The notes below the pieces were generated by a model that saw only the letters and a program-made list of their open reading frames with translations, had not been told where the DNA came from and did not search any database. Both the position numbers and the translations under genes were made by a program. This document shows, in pieces, positions 1-9,217 of a DNA stretch of 64,000 nucleotides (within the stretch, counting starts at the first letter, position 1; every line of letters starts with the position of its first letter). Source of the DNA: Candidatus Omnitrophota bacterium (GTDB taxonomy: Bacteria; Ratteibacteria; UBA8468; B48-G9; DTJG01); the NCBI GenBank assembly GCA_023819255.1, contig JAMWBU010000001.1, positions 16,348-80,347 on the forward strand, given 5' to 3'.

Positions 1-324
1 ATCCTTTTGATGGTTTCTCCAATGATAGAACAGGGAATGGAAGTAAGATTGCCTGTTTCCGGCACCAGCAAAATGGCTGTTGAAAAAAGTGTTGTTCTTA
101 CCATCGCAAAGGGCGGAAAAATATTCTGGGGAAACAGAGAGATCAGTTCGGGCAATCTTGAATCTATTGCCCGGGAAACAATTTCTCGAAATCCAGAACT
201 TGGTATTGTGATAAAAGGGGACCGAGGCATAAGTTATCAGGAACTTATTGATGTTCTGGACATCTTGAAGCGAGCTGACATAAAAAAGATTGGCCTTGCA
301 ACAGAGGCGCGACCTGTGCGATGA
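1..324 (+). CDS. tolR: Biopolymer transport protein ExbD/TolR, C-terminal part; 5' end lies upstream of the window
   Basis: The 105-aa translation matches the periplasmic C-terminal domain of ExbD/TolR (…VLTIAKGGKIFWGNREIS…IVIKGDRGISYQELIDVLDIL…). It sits directly upstream of tolA-like, tolB and pal. The first M at 7 is probably internal. Confidence 0.7.
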   Translation: MLLMVSPMIEQGMEVRLPVSGTSKMAVEKSVVLTIAKGGKIFWGNREISSGNLESIARETISRNPELGIVIKGDRGISYQELIDVLDILKRADIKKIGLATEARPVR

Positions 325-1121
325 AAAGATCTTTGTTGCTTTCGATCTTTGGACATATGTTGCTGATATCTTTGTTCATTCATAATAATTACAAAATGAA
401 AGCAAAAGAAACTGAAAATGTATATGTGGTTGATTTATTAAGTTTGCCGCCAGCGATAACTGTTTCAAATAATATAATATCAGCTTTCAGGGTTGAAAAT
501 GCTCAAGCGTCAGGAGGAATGACAGAAGAGAGGTCTTTTCCAACTGTAAAATTTTCATCTAACAGAGACAGAGTAGAAAAAAATGAGGCTGAAGATTTTT
601 CCACCAGTGAAAATTTTTCTTCCGATCAGTACATTTCAAGGATAAGGGAAAAGATGGGGCTATCGATGTCTTCAACATCCGCTGGCAATACACCTTTGTC
701 AGCAAAAGAAATACCATCTTCGCATCCAGAACGAGAGAAAACAAGGTCTCTGGCTTCAAAGATTTTTCCATTGTCAGCTGAGAATTCAACAGGTTTTTCT
801 GTTGGGATCCAATCTTCTGGTTTACCGTCAGGAAATATTATTCCTCTTGATTACCTTGAGAATATCAAGCTTTCTCTTCAAAAAAAATGGAGACTGCCGG
901 AGGAGAAAAATTATTCTCTCACTTCTGTGGTTTCATTTCGCCTTAAAAAAGATGGAACAATCGCAGACATTATCCTTGAAACAAGTTCTGGTGTGAGGTC
1001 TTTCGACGAGAGCGCGATGCAGGCTGTAAAGGAAACCGGAAAACTGGAGCCCTTGCCGCCAACATATAAACTCAATTATCTTGATGTTACAGTAAAATTT
1101 AATATGAGGGGGATAGAATGA
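321..1121 (+). CDS. tolA: TolA/TonB-family protein with an N-terminal membrane anchor and a TonB_C-type C-terminal domain
   Basis: An N-terminal TM helix (LLLSIFGHMLLISLFI) is followed by a low-complexity linker and a TonB C-terminal-like domain (…LKKDGTIADIILETSSGVRSFDESAMQAVKE…VKFNM). It lies between tolR and tolB and overlaps the tolR stop by 4 nt. Confidence 0.6.
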   Translation: MKRSLLLSIFGHMLLISLFIHNNYKMKAKETENVYVVDLLSLPPAITVSNNIISAFRVENAQASGGMTEERSFPTVKFSSNRDRVEKNEAEDFSTSENFSSDQYISRIREKMGLSMSSTSAGNTPLSAKEIPSSHPEREKTRSLASKIFPLSAENSTGFSVGIQSSGLPSGNIIPLDYLENIKLSLQKKWRLPEEKNYSLTSVVSFRLKKDGTIADIILETSSGVRSFDESAMQAVKETGKLEPLPPTYKLNYLDVTVKFNMRGIE

Positions 1122-2353
1122 GAAAACACATTTTAATATTGTTTGGATGTCTTTTTACCCTGACAAATCTTTATGGGCAGAGCAGAGTAACAATTGAAAT
1201 TACATCATCTCTGGAGACAAAAACTGCGTCTTCAATTTTGATTGCAGTAGAAAAAGATGCCTTCTTTGAGAAATTTTCCTTGCAGCTGGCAAAAGACCTG
1301 GAAAATTCGGATTGGCTGGATATAAAAAGTGTAGCGTGGAAGACGGAATTTAACATTAGTTCGGAAATGGAAAAAGCCTCCAGAGAAAATGTCAGGCTTT
1401 TGATTGTGTGTGAAGCTAAAGAAAAGCTCGAAGTAAAGGTTTACGATATATTTGAAAAATCTTTGATTTTTGAGTTTAAGACTGACATAGAAAAATCACC
1501 TGTTGATCTTGCTCATACTGTTTGTGATGAAATTATTTATCGGCTAACAGGCAAGCCCGGTATTGCAAAGAGCAAGATACTTTATATGACCAGGACCAAA
1601 GATATCCACACCATAATGATGGCTGATTACGATGGCTCAAACGCAACGCAGATCTTTTCCGCACAATACATCATAAATTATCCGAGGTGGTTTCCTGGCA
1701 TGGAGAAGGTCCTTTTTCTTTCATACAGAAAGACATTTCCATCCCTTGATCTTCTGGATTTGAAGACCAGGCAGATGGAAACTTTTCTTTCTGAACCCGG
1801 CTTGAACGCCTGTGCGTCATTTTTTAGAAATCAGTCGATGGCAGCCGTAGTTCTCAGTAAGAGCGGAAATCCAGATATCTATATAGTTGACCTCAAAGGA
1901 AAAATTATCAGAAGAATCACAGAGAAAAAAGGAATCAACGCATCCCCTTCTGTTTCGCCGGATGGACAGGATATTGCGTTTGTTTCTGACAGGGATGGGA
2001 AGACAAGGTTGTGGGTAATGAACCCTTCAGGATTAAATGTGAGGAAGGTTGATATTCCCTCAAACTACACAACTTCTCCGTGCTGGTCACCGGATGGAAG
2101 ATACCTTGCTTATGCTGTCAGGTACGGAACAGAGATGTTTATTGAAATATATGATTGGAACACTGGTAAAAGAAAACTTTTGACTAATGGGATCTCATGG
2201 GCCGATGCTCCTTGCTGGGCTCCAGATAGCAGGCATTTGATTTTTACCCGGCAGGACAGGTATCAGAATTCTCTCTGGGCTATTGACATACATAATCTTA
2301 AGATGAAAAAGATTGCTGATAACGCATGGAGCGGATGCTGGGCGCTTCGTTGA
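1118..2353 (+). CDS. tolB: Tol-Pal system beta-propeller protein TolB
   Basis: Signal peptide, then an N-terminal TolB domain, then repeated beta-propeller blades (SPDGQDIAFVSDRDGKTRLWVMN, SPDGRYLAYAV, APDSRHLIFT). Gene order is tolR-tolA-tolB-pal. Confidence 0.85.
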   Translation: MRKHILILFGCLFTLTNLYGQSRVTIEITSSLETKTASSILIAVEKDAFFEKFSLQLAKDLENSDWLDIKSVAWKTEFNISSEMEKASRENVRLLIVCEAKEKLEVKVYDIFEKSLIFEFKTDIEKSPVDLAHTVCDEIIYRLTGKPGIAKSKILYMTRTKDIHTIMMADYDGSNATQIFSAQYIINYPRWFPGMEKVLFLSYRKTFPSLDLLDLKTRQMETFLSEPGLNACASFFRNQSMAAVVLSKSGNPDIYIVDLKGKIIRRITEKKGINASPSVSPDGQDIAFVSDRDGKTRLWVMNPSGLNVRKVDIPSNYTTSPCWSPDGRYLAYAVRYGTEMFIEIYDWNTGKRKLLTNGISWADAPCWAPDSRHLIFTRQDRYQNSLWAIDIHNLKMKKIADNAWSGCWALR

Positions 2354-2395
2354 CAAAATGGAAGTGTCTGGTATAATCAACCAAAAGGAGGAGAT

Positions 2396-3040
2396 ATGAA
2401 ATTAGAAAAAGTAATATGTGTTGCGCTTTCCGCTGTAATTTTGTCCTTGATGCTTTCCGGTTGCTGCCCTTATTCTAAGAAAAAGACAGCAGAGAAAGAA
2501 ATTCAGCCAGCTGTTGAGGCTGTTTCTCCACAGAAAACTGCTATTGTACAGAGAGAAGAACCGTCTGTTCCTTTGCCTGTAAAGCCCGATATCGAAAAAG
2601 GGAAGGCAACCTCGGCAGAAGTGAAAATTGCGACTACTGGCGGTGAGATACCTGTTGCAAGACCTGAAGGCGATATGAAATTTGTTGAGCCTGGAGAGCA
2701 ACTTAAAGAAATATTCCAGCCAATCTATTTCGATTTTGACAGGTACAATATAAGAACATCCGAGCAGAGCAAGTTGAAAATCCTGGCAGAATATCTAAGA
2801 AAAAATTCAGAGATTTCAATCCTTATCGAAGGGCATTGTGATGAGCGCGGAACAGATGAGTACAACCTTGTGCTTGGGGAGAAAAGGGCTTTGAGTACAA
2901 GAAACTTTCTGATTGGACTTGGCATCGCGCCAGCAAGGATTTACACAATAAGTTATGGAGAAGCAAGGCCAGCAGATCCCGGACACAATGAAGAAGCGTG
3001 GACGAAAAATAGAAGGGCTGAATTCAAAATAAAACAATAA
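2396..3040 (+). CDS. pal: Peptidoglycan-associated lipoprotein Pal (OmpA-family C-terminal domain)
   Basis: Lipobox (LSGCC), then an OmpA_C-like domain: IYFDFDRYNIRTSEQSKL…IEGHCDERGTDEYNLVLGEKRA…NRRAEFKI. RBS aaggagga 8 nt upstream. Confidence 0.9.
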   Translation: MKLEKVICVALSAVILSLMLSGCCPYSKKKTAEKEIQPAVEAVSPQKTAIVQREEPSVPLPVKPDIEKGKATSAEVKIATTGGEIPVARPEGDMKFVEPGEQLKEIFQPIYFDFDRYNIRTSEQSKLKILAEYLRKNSEISILIEGHCDERGTDEYNLVLGEKRALSTRNFLIGLGIAPARIYTISYGEARPADPGHNEEAWTKNRRAEFKIKQ

Positions 3041-3043
3041 ACA

Positions 3044-3868
3044 ATGAAAAATATGCGAAATTTTCTGATACTAATTTTCCCTCTTTTTATGCTGGCAGGT
3101 TGCACTACAATTGTCAGCAGGGAAGATCTTGACGCATTCAAGACAGAAATTGAGCAAAAGCTTGCGGTTGTTGAGAATAATAGTTTAAAAAATTCAAAAG
3201 AAGTCAATGATGGCATTAACAATCTCAAACAATTACATCAGCAGCAACAGGAAACAATTATGGGTGTGGCTGAAGAGAGCAGAGGCCGTATTCAGGAATT
3301 GAAGATTGCTATTGACGATTCAGCCCAGAGTCAGAGAAAGGAATTTGAATTTTTTAAAAAAAACCAGGAAGAAAAAAATTCACAGTTTGGTCAGGATATT
3401 GATACGATTAAAAAGTCTCAGAATGAATTAATGCGGACATCGGCATCACTGATGGATTCTATGGTAAATCTTCAGAAGGACCTTCTGGCTTTAAAGACAT
3501 CCCTTCAACAGGTTGCCAGCGAATTTGACGCGATGAACAATAGAAAATTTATTGACGAGGCAGAAATTTTAAAACTAAAAAAATACTATGATGGACAGAT
3601 AGAGACCTTGCTTAATGAAATCGTGAGACAGGAAAGCGAAATTTTCGCGTTGAAACAGGTTTATCAAAAAAAGCAGGCGTCTCAAGATTTTGAGGTTACT
3701 GGTCACGATTCCAGAGAGATGGCGACAGCGAGGTATCACACAGTGAAAAAGGGTGAAACTCTTTCCGGCATAGCAAAAAAATACAACACAACAAGTCAGA
3801 AACTACGGGAAATAAATAAGTTGAAAACTGATACTGTCACAATTGGTCAAAAACTTGTAATACCATGA
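3044..3868 (+). CDS. Coiled-coil lipoprotein with C-terminal LysM domain. It occupies the CpoB/YbgF position after pal; alternatively a FimV/TsaP-like pilus-associated peptidoglycan binder.
   Basis: Lipobox (MLAGCTT), then a long Q/E/K-rich predicted coiled coil, then a C-terminal LysM motif (YHTVKKGETLSGIAKKYNTTSQKLREINKL…GQKLVIP). It follows pal and overlaps the pilD start. Confidence 0.6.
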   Translation: MKNMRNFLILIFPLFMLAGCTTIVSREDLDAFKTEIEQKLAVVENNSLKNSKEVNDGINNLKQLHQQQQETIMGVAEESRGRIQELKIAIDDSAQSQRKEFEFFKKNQEEKNSQFGQDIDTIKKSQNELMRTSASLMDSMVNLQKDLLALKTSLQQVASEFDAMNNRKFIDEAEILKLKKYYDGQIETLLNEIVRQESEIFALKQVYQKKQASQDFEVTGHDSREMATARYHTVKKGETLSGIAKKYNTTSQKLREINKLKTDTVTIGQKLVIP

Positions 3869-4668
3869 AAGAATTTCTTGTCTTTCTTGTTGGCGCATGT
3901 TTCGGTAGCTTTGCAAATGTTTGCATATACCGCATGCCAAGAAATAAGTCAATTGTTTTTCCCGGGTCTTTCTGTCCGAAATGTCGCCACGCAATATACT
4001 GGTATGATAATATACCGATACTCAGCTATATATTACTTGGCGGCAGATGTCGCTACTGCAAAAAAAACATTTCATCAAGATATCCGATAATCGAAATTAT
4101 TACAGGAGTTTTAACGCTTCTTCTTTTTCAGAAATTTTGGGCAGCAGGTTACTACTGTGAGTTTCTATTTTATTTTGTTTTTACGCTCGGTCTTATAATC
4201 ATAAGCGGCATAGATTTTGAAACATTTCTGGTCCCGGATATTATTGTTTTGCCTCTTATTCCTTTGGGCCTTCTGGGTGCGCTTTTGTGCGAGAATTTTT
4301 TTATTCCGCAGTCAGGTTCATACATCGCCCTTACAAGATTTTTCTACAGTCTTTCAGGTGTGTTAACCGGGGCATTTCTTGTGCTGTTTCTTATGATAAT
4401 TGGCAGGATTGTCTGGAAAAAAGAGGCAATGGGCGGAGGAGACCTTAAATTGCTTGCGGCCATAGGCGCCTTTCTGGGATGGAAAGGTGTTTTTCTTTCC
4501 ATATTTTTTGGTTCGATTCTGGGCACAGTGATAAGTGTGGCTCTAATATATTCGAAAAAGAAGAAATGGGATGATTATGTGCCATTCGGTCCTTATCTTG
4601 CGATAGGGGCTGTGCTGGCGATGTTGTATAAAGGTAATTATTTCCTTTCGCTTTATTTCATTCCCTGA
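3865..4668 (+). CDS. pilD: Type IV prepilin leader peptidase/N-methyltransferase (A24 family)
   Basis: N-terminal tetracysteine motif (CPKCRH…CRYCKK), a polytopic membrane region and the A24 peptidase signature GGGDLKLLAAIGAFLGWKG. Confidence 0.9.
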   Translation: MKEFLVFLVGACFGSFANVCIYRMPRNKSIVFPGSFCPKCRHAIYWYDNIPILSYILLGGRCRYCKKNISSRYPIIEIITGVLTLLLFQKFWAAGYYCEFLFYFVFTLGLIIISGIDFETFLVPDIIVLPLIPLGLLGALLCENFFIPQSGSYIALTRFFYSLSGVLTGAFLVLFLMIIGRIVWKKEAMGGGDLKLLAAIGAFLGWKGVFLSIFFGSILGTVISVALIYSKKKKWDDYVPFGPYLAIGAVLAMLYKGNYFLSLYFIP

Positions 4669-4670
4669 AC

Positions 4671-5210
4671 ATGAGTGAAGTGATTCTTGAACTGGTTGAA
4701 GAGTTTTTTCAGCAAAGAAAATATTTCACCGCGCGGTATGAAAACCTTATACTGATCAGAAAAATTAAAAGTCAGCAGGAAAGTTCTGAAACCGGTTTTA
4801 TTCTTGATGAGTCGGGTGCGGAAAATCTATCAGCAGCAGTTGTCAAAGCGCTTGCCTGGCATACCTGTAAGATTACAACTCGGGTCCTAGAAACATTTCC
4901 AGAAATTCTTGAGTTTGCCCGCCAGGACCGAATAAAAAAATTTGCCGAGTGGTTTGGCGGGGAACGGTTTGTGAAGTTGTTGATTATTCCGCAGTTTCCC
5001 GCTCATTTTGAGTTAAGACAAAAAGTTATGAAACGGCTAGAAGATACAGGAATCGACCATATAATGACAATACCGTCAATTATTTCAGGAGTCATTAACA
5101 GAATCGAACCGAGGAAAGTTTATTCTTCGCCAATCTGCGATTTATTGAGAATTCTCAAGTTTTACAATATTATTTCTCCGACAGGCGAGCAGATGGAATT
5201 ACCACTTTGA
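4671..5210 (+). CDS. Hypothetical protein; no recognisable motifs
   Basis: 179-aa ORF tightly packed between pilD and recG with a 4-nt overlap with the recG start. No conserved signature recognised. Confidence 0.45.
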   Translation: MSEVILELVEEFFQQRKYFTARYENLILIRKIKSQQESSETGFILDESGAENLSAAVVKALAWHTCKITTRVLETFPEILEFARQDRIKKFAEWFGGERFVKLLIIPQFPAHFELRQKVMKRLEDTGIDHIMTIPSIISGVINRIEPRKVYSSPICDLLRILKFYNIISPTGEQMELPL

Positions 5211-7243
5211 CCATGTTATTGCCAGAAACATCAGTGAGGATGATTCCCGGCGTGGGCCCGCAGAGAATGGAACAATTTTTAAATCTGGGCATCAGCACGG
5301 TTCAAGATCTCCTTTTCCATTTTCCAAGAAGATATCTTGACAGAAGACAAATTAAGAAAATAAGCGAGATACTCCCGGGTGAAATTGTTTCCCTGAAGGG
5401 CGAGGTAATTGCCGCGGAAGAAAAGAAATTGCGTAGGATTTCTTTGATCAAAATAGCTGTTTCTGATGGCACAGGTGTGATCTTTCTGATTTTTTTTAAT
5501 CAGAATTATATTATCAATATTCTGAAAACCGGTATGAAGGTTTTTGCATATGGAAAGGTTGAGCAGTATGAGAAAAATTTGCAGATGAACAATCCACTTT
5601 TTGAGATCATAGAAAAAAAAAGGCCTGACTATATTCTTCCTGTCTATTCCACTGTTTCAGGATTGTCTCAGAATTTTATCAGGAAGTGCATAAAATACGC
5701 GCTAAAAAATCTCGAGAGTTTTTCGCCTGATATTTTGCCTTTAGAAGATAGAAGCAGGCTTAAACTTTCGAACATGAAGCATGCCATTACAAATATTCAT
5801 TTTCCGCAGAATCAGGTTAATTTAGAGAGGGCGAGAAGGCACCTGATTTTTGATGAATTCTTCAAACTTCAACTTGGGCTGTTGTACAAAAAAATCTGTG
5901 CCGGTGGCTCATCGGACAGTGTAGATGAAAATAAATTCAGAAGTTCATTAGTTCATATTTTTCAACAAATGCTGCCGTTCAGATTGACGGATGATCAGGT
6001 AAAGGTGATCGAAGAGATTTTGAAAGACCTGAACGCCGGCAGATTATTAAACCGTCTTCTTCAGGGAGAAGTGGGTTCAGGCAAAACCGTCATTGCCGTA
6101 TTTTTTCTGTGGCTTTTTGCCAGGGAAGGATTGCAGGGCGTTTTTCTTGCGCCAACCGAAATTCTGGCTGAGCAGCATTATCTCAACTGGCATCCTTTTT
6201 TTCTTTCTTGCGGGATTGAATGCGCTTTACTTACAGGGGGGCTCCCTGATAAAATGAAAAGGGAAATATGTTTCAGGATCGAAAAAAACGAAATAAAAGT
6301 TTTATTTGGAACTCATGCCCTTTTGAACGAAAAGATCAACTATCCGGGATTGAAAGCGATTGTTGTTGATGAGCAGCATAAATTTGGTGTTGAACAGAGA
6401 AACCTGCTTCAAAAGAAAGGAAGTCGAATCCATTATCTGGCGATGAGCGCAACTCCTATTCCAAGAAGCGTCGCTCTTGCTTTTTATGGAAATATTGACC
6501 TTTCAGCAATTGGCAGTTTGCCGAAAGGAAAAAGAAACGTTGTTAATTATTTATTCAGGCATGATGAAATTGAAAGGGTTTATGAGTTTATTAAAAAACA
6601 GGTTTCTGAACAAAAACAGGGATATTTTGTGGCTCCGACTATTGAAAGTTCAGAAGAGTCGTCAGTTGCGCATCATTTTAATAACATATCGACAATTGTG
6701 GGTCCAGAAAAAGTGGGATTATTGCATGGCAGGTTATCAGGCGCGGAAAAATCCATTGTCATTGAAAAATTCAGAAAAAAGCAAATTTTATTGATTGTTT
6801 CAACAACTGTTATAGAGGTTGGTCTGGATGTGCCGGATGCGAACTTCATCGTTATTGACCAATCTGAAAGATTCGGATTGTCGCAGCTTCATCAAATGCG
6901 GGGAAGAGTTGGCAGGAGTGGTGAAACAGGATACTGTATTTTAATTTACTACACAGATGATCCGGATGTTCTTGGACGGCTTGAATCATTTCTTGAAATA
7001 GAAGATGGTCTTAAACTGGCGGAAATAGACCTGTCCCTGAGGGGCCCGGGAGACCTGCTCGGTGTACGACAGCATGGAATTCTTCCTCTTAAGATTGGCA
7101 ACATAATCAAGGATATAGAGGTTCTTACAGAATCTCGTAAGGAGGCAGAAAGAATTCTAAAAAATCGTCTTTATCTGAATGGAAAATATATGAGGGTTAA
7201 TCAGTACCTTCAGCAGGTTATGAAAGGCAAGATAATTGATTGA
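5207..7243 (+). CDS. recG: ATP-dependent DNA helicase RecG
   Basis: N-terminal wedge/OB domain. Helicase motifs GEVGSGKT (Walker A), DEQHKFGV (DEQH box) and QLHQMRGRVGR (motif VI). Length 678 aa. Confidence 0.9.
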   Translation: MTMLLPETSVRMIPGVGPQRMEQFLNLGISTVQDLLFHFPRRYLDRRQIKKISEILPGEIVSLKGEVIAAEEKKLRRISLIKIAVSDGTGVIFLIFFNQNYIINILKTGMKVFAYGKVEQYEKNLQMNNPLFEIIEKKRPDYILPVYSTVSGLSQNFIRKCIKYALKNLESFSPDILPLEDRSRLKLSNMKHAITNIHFPQNQVNLERARRHLIFDEFFKLQLGLLYKKICAGGSSDSVDENKFRSSLVHIFQQMLPFRLTDDQVKVIEEILKDLNAGRLLNRLLQGEVGSGKTVIAVFFLWLFAREGLQGVFLAPTEILAEQHYLNWHPFFLSCGIECALLTGGLPDKMKREICFRIEKNEIKVLFGTHALLNEKINYPGLKAIVVDEQHKFGVEQRNLLQKKGSRIHYLAMSATPIPRSVALAFYGNIDLSAIGSLPKGKRNVVNYLFRHDEIERVYEFIKKQVSEQKQGYFVAPTIESSEESSVAHHFNNISTIVGPEKVGLLHGRLSGAEKSIVIEKFRKKQILLIVSTTVIEVGLDVPDANFIVIDQSERFGLSQLHQMRGRVGRSGETGYCILIYYTDDPDVLGRLESFLEIEDGLKLAEIDLSLRGPGDLLGVRQHGILPLKIGNIIKDIEVLTESRKEAERILKNRLYLNGKYMRVNQYLQQVMKGKIID

Positions 7244-7935
7244 AAATGAATACAGAAAAAATTGTTGTTTTGATACCGGCGCACAATGAAGAGAAAGCTA
7301 TTGGCAAACTTATAAGCCAGGTTAAAAAGATTATACCGTTAGTTTATGTTGTTGACGATGGCTCTACGGATAATACGGCAATAATGGCGGAACAAAATGG
7401 CGCGATCGTGATCAGGCATCAACAATGCATGGGCAAAGGCGCGGCATTGAAAACAGGATTTAATCGCATTCAAAACCCTCCATTTGAGGTTGTTATCACG
7501 ATGGATGGAGATGGGCAACATTCTGTTTCAGACCTTCCGGTTTTTCTTGATGCGATTGGAAAAAAGAAAAAGGCCGGGATAGTTGTGGGGAAGAGGACAA
7601 TTAAAGGGACAAATATGCCTTTCATCAGAAGGTTAACAAATCTTTCAATGTCGATTCTAATCTCCATTCTTGCTTTGCAGTGGATACCTGATTCCCAGAA
7701 TGGTTTCAGGGCTATAAGAACAAATGTATTGAAAGGAATGCCGCTTGTAAGCTGCCACTTTGAGACTGAGACAGAAATACTTTTACGGGCTTCGTGGAAA
7801 GGAGTGAAAATCGCTTCTGTTCCTGTTAGCACGATATACAATAATGAAAAGAGCAAGATAAAACCAACAAAAGATACAATAAACTTTTTCTCAATGCTGT
7901 TAAAACTTTGCTTTTTTGTATGGAAGAAAAAATAG
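7240..7935 (+). CDS. GT2-family glycosyltransferase, polyprenyl-phosphate sugar transferase-like (DPM1/GtrB/ArnC-like)
   Basis: IVVLIPAHNEEKAIGKLI…VYVVDDGSTDNT…ITMDGDGQH DXD-type motifs, plus a C-terminal hydrophobic segment. Confidence 0.75.
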   Translation: MKMNTEKIVVLIPAHNEEKAIGKLISQVKKIIPLVYVVDDGSTDNTAIMAEQNGAIVIRHQQCMGKGAALKTGFNRIQNPPFEVVITMDGDGQHSVSDLPVFLDAIGKKKKAGIVVGKRTIKGTNMPFIRRLTNLSMSILISILALQWIPDSQNGFRAIRTNVLKGMPLVSCHFETETEILLRASWKGVKIASVPVSTIYNNEKSKIKPTKDTINFFSMLLKLCFFVWKKK

Positions 7936-8567
7936 ATTTTGAGAGATTACGAAAAGAAATGGTCAGGCATCAGATACAGGGCAGGGGAATTACTAATGAG
8001 AATGTACTGACAGCTTTTCTCAAGATACCGCGGGAGGAATTTGTTCCGCAGGAGATGAAAAATTTTGCCTATGATGATTGTCCGCTTCCTATTGGTTCTG
8101 GTCAAACAATCAGTCAGCCATATATGGTGGCAATTATGACTGAACTGGCAGAGCCTGAAAAAGGTGATAAAGTACTTGAAATTGGAACCGGTTCAGGTTA
8201 TCAAACATCGCTTCTTTGTGAAATGGGTTGTGTGGTTTACTCAATGGAAAGGATTCCAGAACTTGCAGAAAGAGCAAAACAAACACTGGAAAAACTGGGA
8301 TATAAACCCGTAATTATTATTGGTGATGGCACGCGGGGTTGTCAGGAAAATTCGCCGTATAAAATAATTATTGTGACCGCGGGTGCTCCAGAAATACCAA
8401 AATCGCTTGTCGAACAACTTGATGAAAACGGCAGAATCATTATTCCTGTTGGAGATATGTTTTCGCAGGAACTGATTCGTGGAATAAAAAGAAAGGGAAA
8501 ACTTATTCGGGAATTTCATGGTGGTTGTCAGTTTGTGCCTTTAAAGGGTAAGGAAGGCTGGAAGTAA
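7920..8567 (+). CDS. pcm: Protein-L-isoaspartate O-methyltransferase
   Basis: GSGQTISQPYMVAIMTELAEP…VLEIGTGSGYQTSLL SAM-binding motifs. The ORF opens at 7908; MEEK at 7920 is the more likely start. Confidence 0.85.
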   Translation: MEEKIDFERLRKEMVRHQIQGRGITNENVLTAFLKIPREEFVPQEMKNFAYDDCPLPIGSGQTISQPYMVAIMTELAEPEKGDKVLEIGTGSGYQTSLLCEMGCVVYSMERIPELAERAKQTLEKLGYKPVIIIGDGTRGCQENSPYKIIIVTAGAPEIPKSLVEQLDENGRIIIPVGDMFSQELIRGIKRKGKLIREFHGGCQFVPLKGKEGWK

Positions 8568-9197
8568 TCAGGGTTTTTTAATTTTTCCAAACTTGTGTTT
8601 AATAAACCAGATAACGCAAACAATGATAACAAGAAAAATCAGGTATTCAAATTTTCTGTAATAAATCTCAATATGTGACCAATTCTGGCCAAGAAAAAAA
8701 CCAATGTATGAAAGAAAGTAGGACCAGATAAGAGAGCCCAAGAATGTCAGTATGCAAAATTTCAAAAAGGGTGTTTTTGCAACACCAGCCGGCAGTGAAA
8801 TAAAAGTTCTAACGGCAGGCATTATTCTTGAAAAAAACACTATTGAATCTCCATATTTTCTGAACCATTTTTCAGCTGTATCATAATCCTGTTCTGTAAT
8901 CAAAATAAATTTCCCATTTTTTCTTATCCATTGTCTTAGCAATCTATCTTCAAGCCAGAAGCCAAGCCAGTATGCTCCAACTGATCCGACAAGGTTTGCA
9001 AAAGCGCCTGTAAAACTGAGAATGTGTATGTTCATCTTTTCAGCAGAAACAAGATATCCCGCAAAAGGCATTGTAATCTCGGATGGGATCGGGATAAGAG
9101 CTGATTCAAAGGTCATAAGAATGAACACGCCAGCATAGCCTGTTTTTTCAATCACAGAAACGATAAGACCGGCAATGTATGAAAGGATGTTTTCCAC
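8568..9197 (-). CDS. DedA/SNARE-associated family inner membrane protein
   Basis: VFILMTFESALIPIPSEITMPFAGYL… DedA signature with several TM helices. Confidence 0.75.
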   Translation of the reverse strand: MENILSYIAGLIVSVIEKTGYAGVFILMTFESALIPIPSEITMPFAGYLVSAEKMNIHILSFTGAFANLVGSVGAYWLGFWLEDRLLRQWIRKNGKFILITEQDYDTAEKWFRKYGDSIVFFSRIMPAVRTFISLPAGVAKTPFLKFCILTFLGSLIWSYFLSYIGFFLGQNWSHIEIYYRKFEYLIFLVIIVCVIWFIKHKFGKIKKP

Positions 9198-9217
9198 CGC
9201 ATTTCCTCTTGATTAAA

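Noticed and set aside
6477-6794. Internal 105-aa ORF within recG (and many other nested or antisense ORFs in the track, for example 559..789, 9541..9978, 12272..12772, 28521..29051, 42894..43238)
   Set aside because: These are shadow ORFs overlapping well-supported genes on the same or opposite strand, with no motifs or RBS.
7240-7935. GT2 glycosyltransferase as part of a mobile or accessory glycan island
   Set aside because: It is a single gene flanked by recG and pcm with overlapping coupling. There are no additional glycan genes or repeats nearby.
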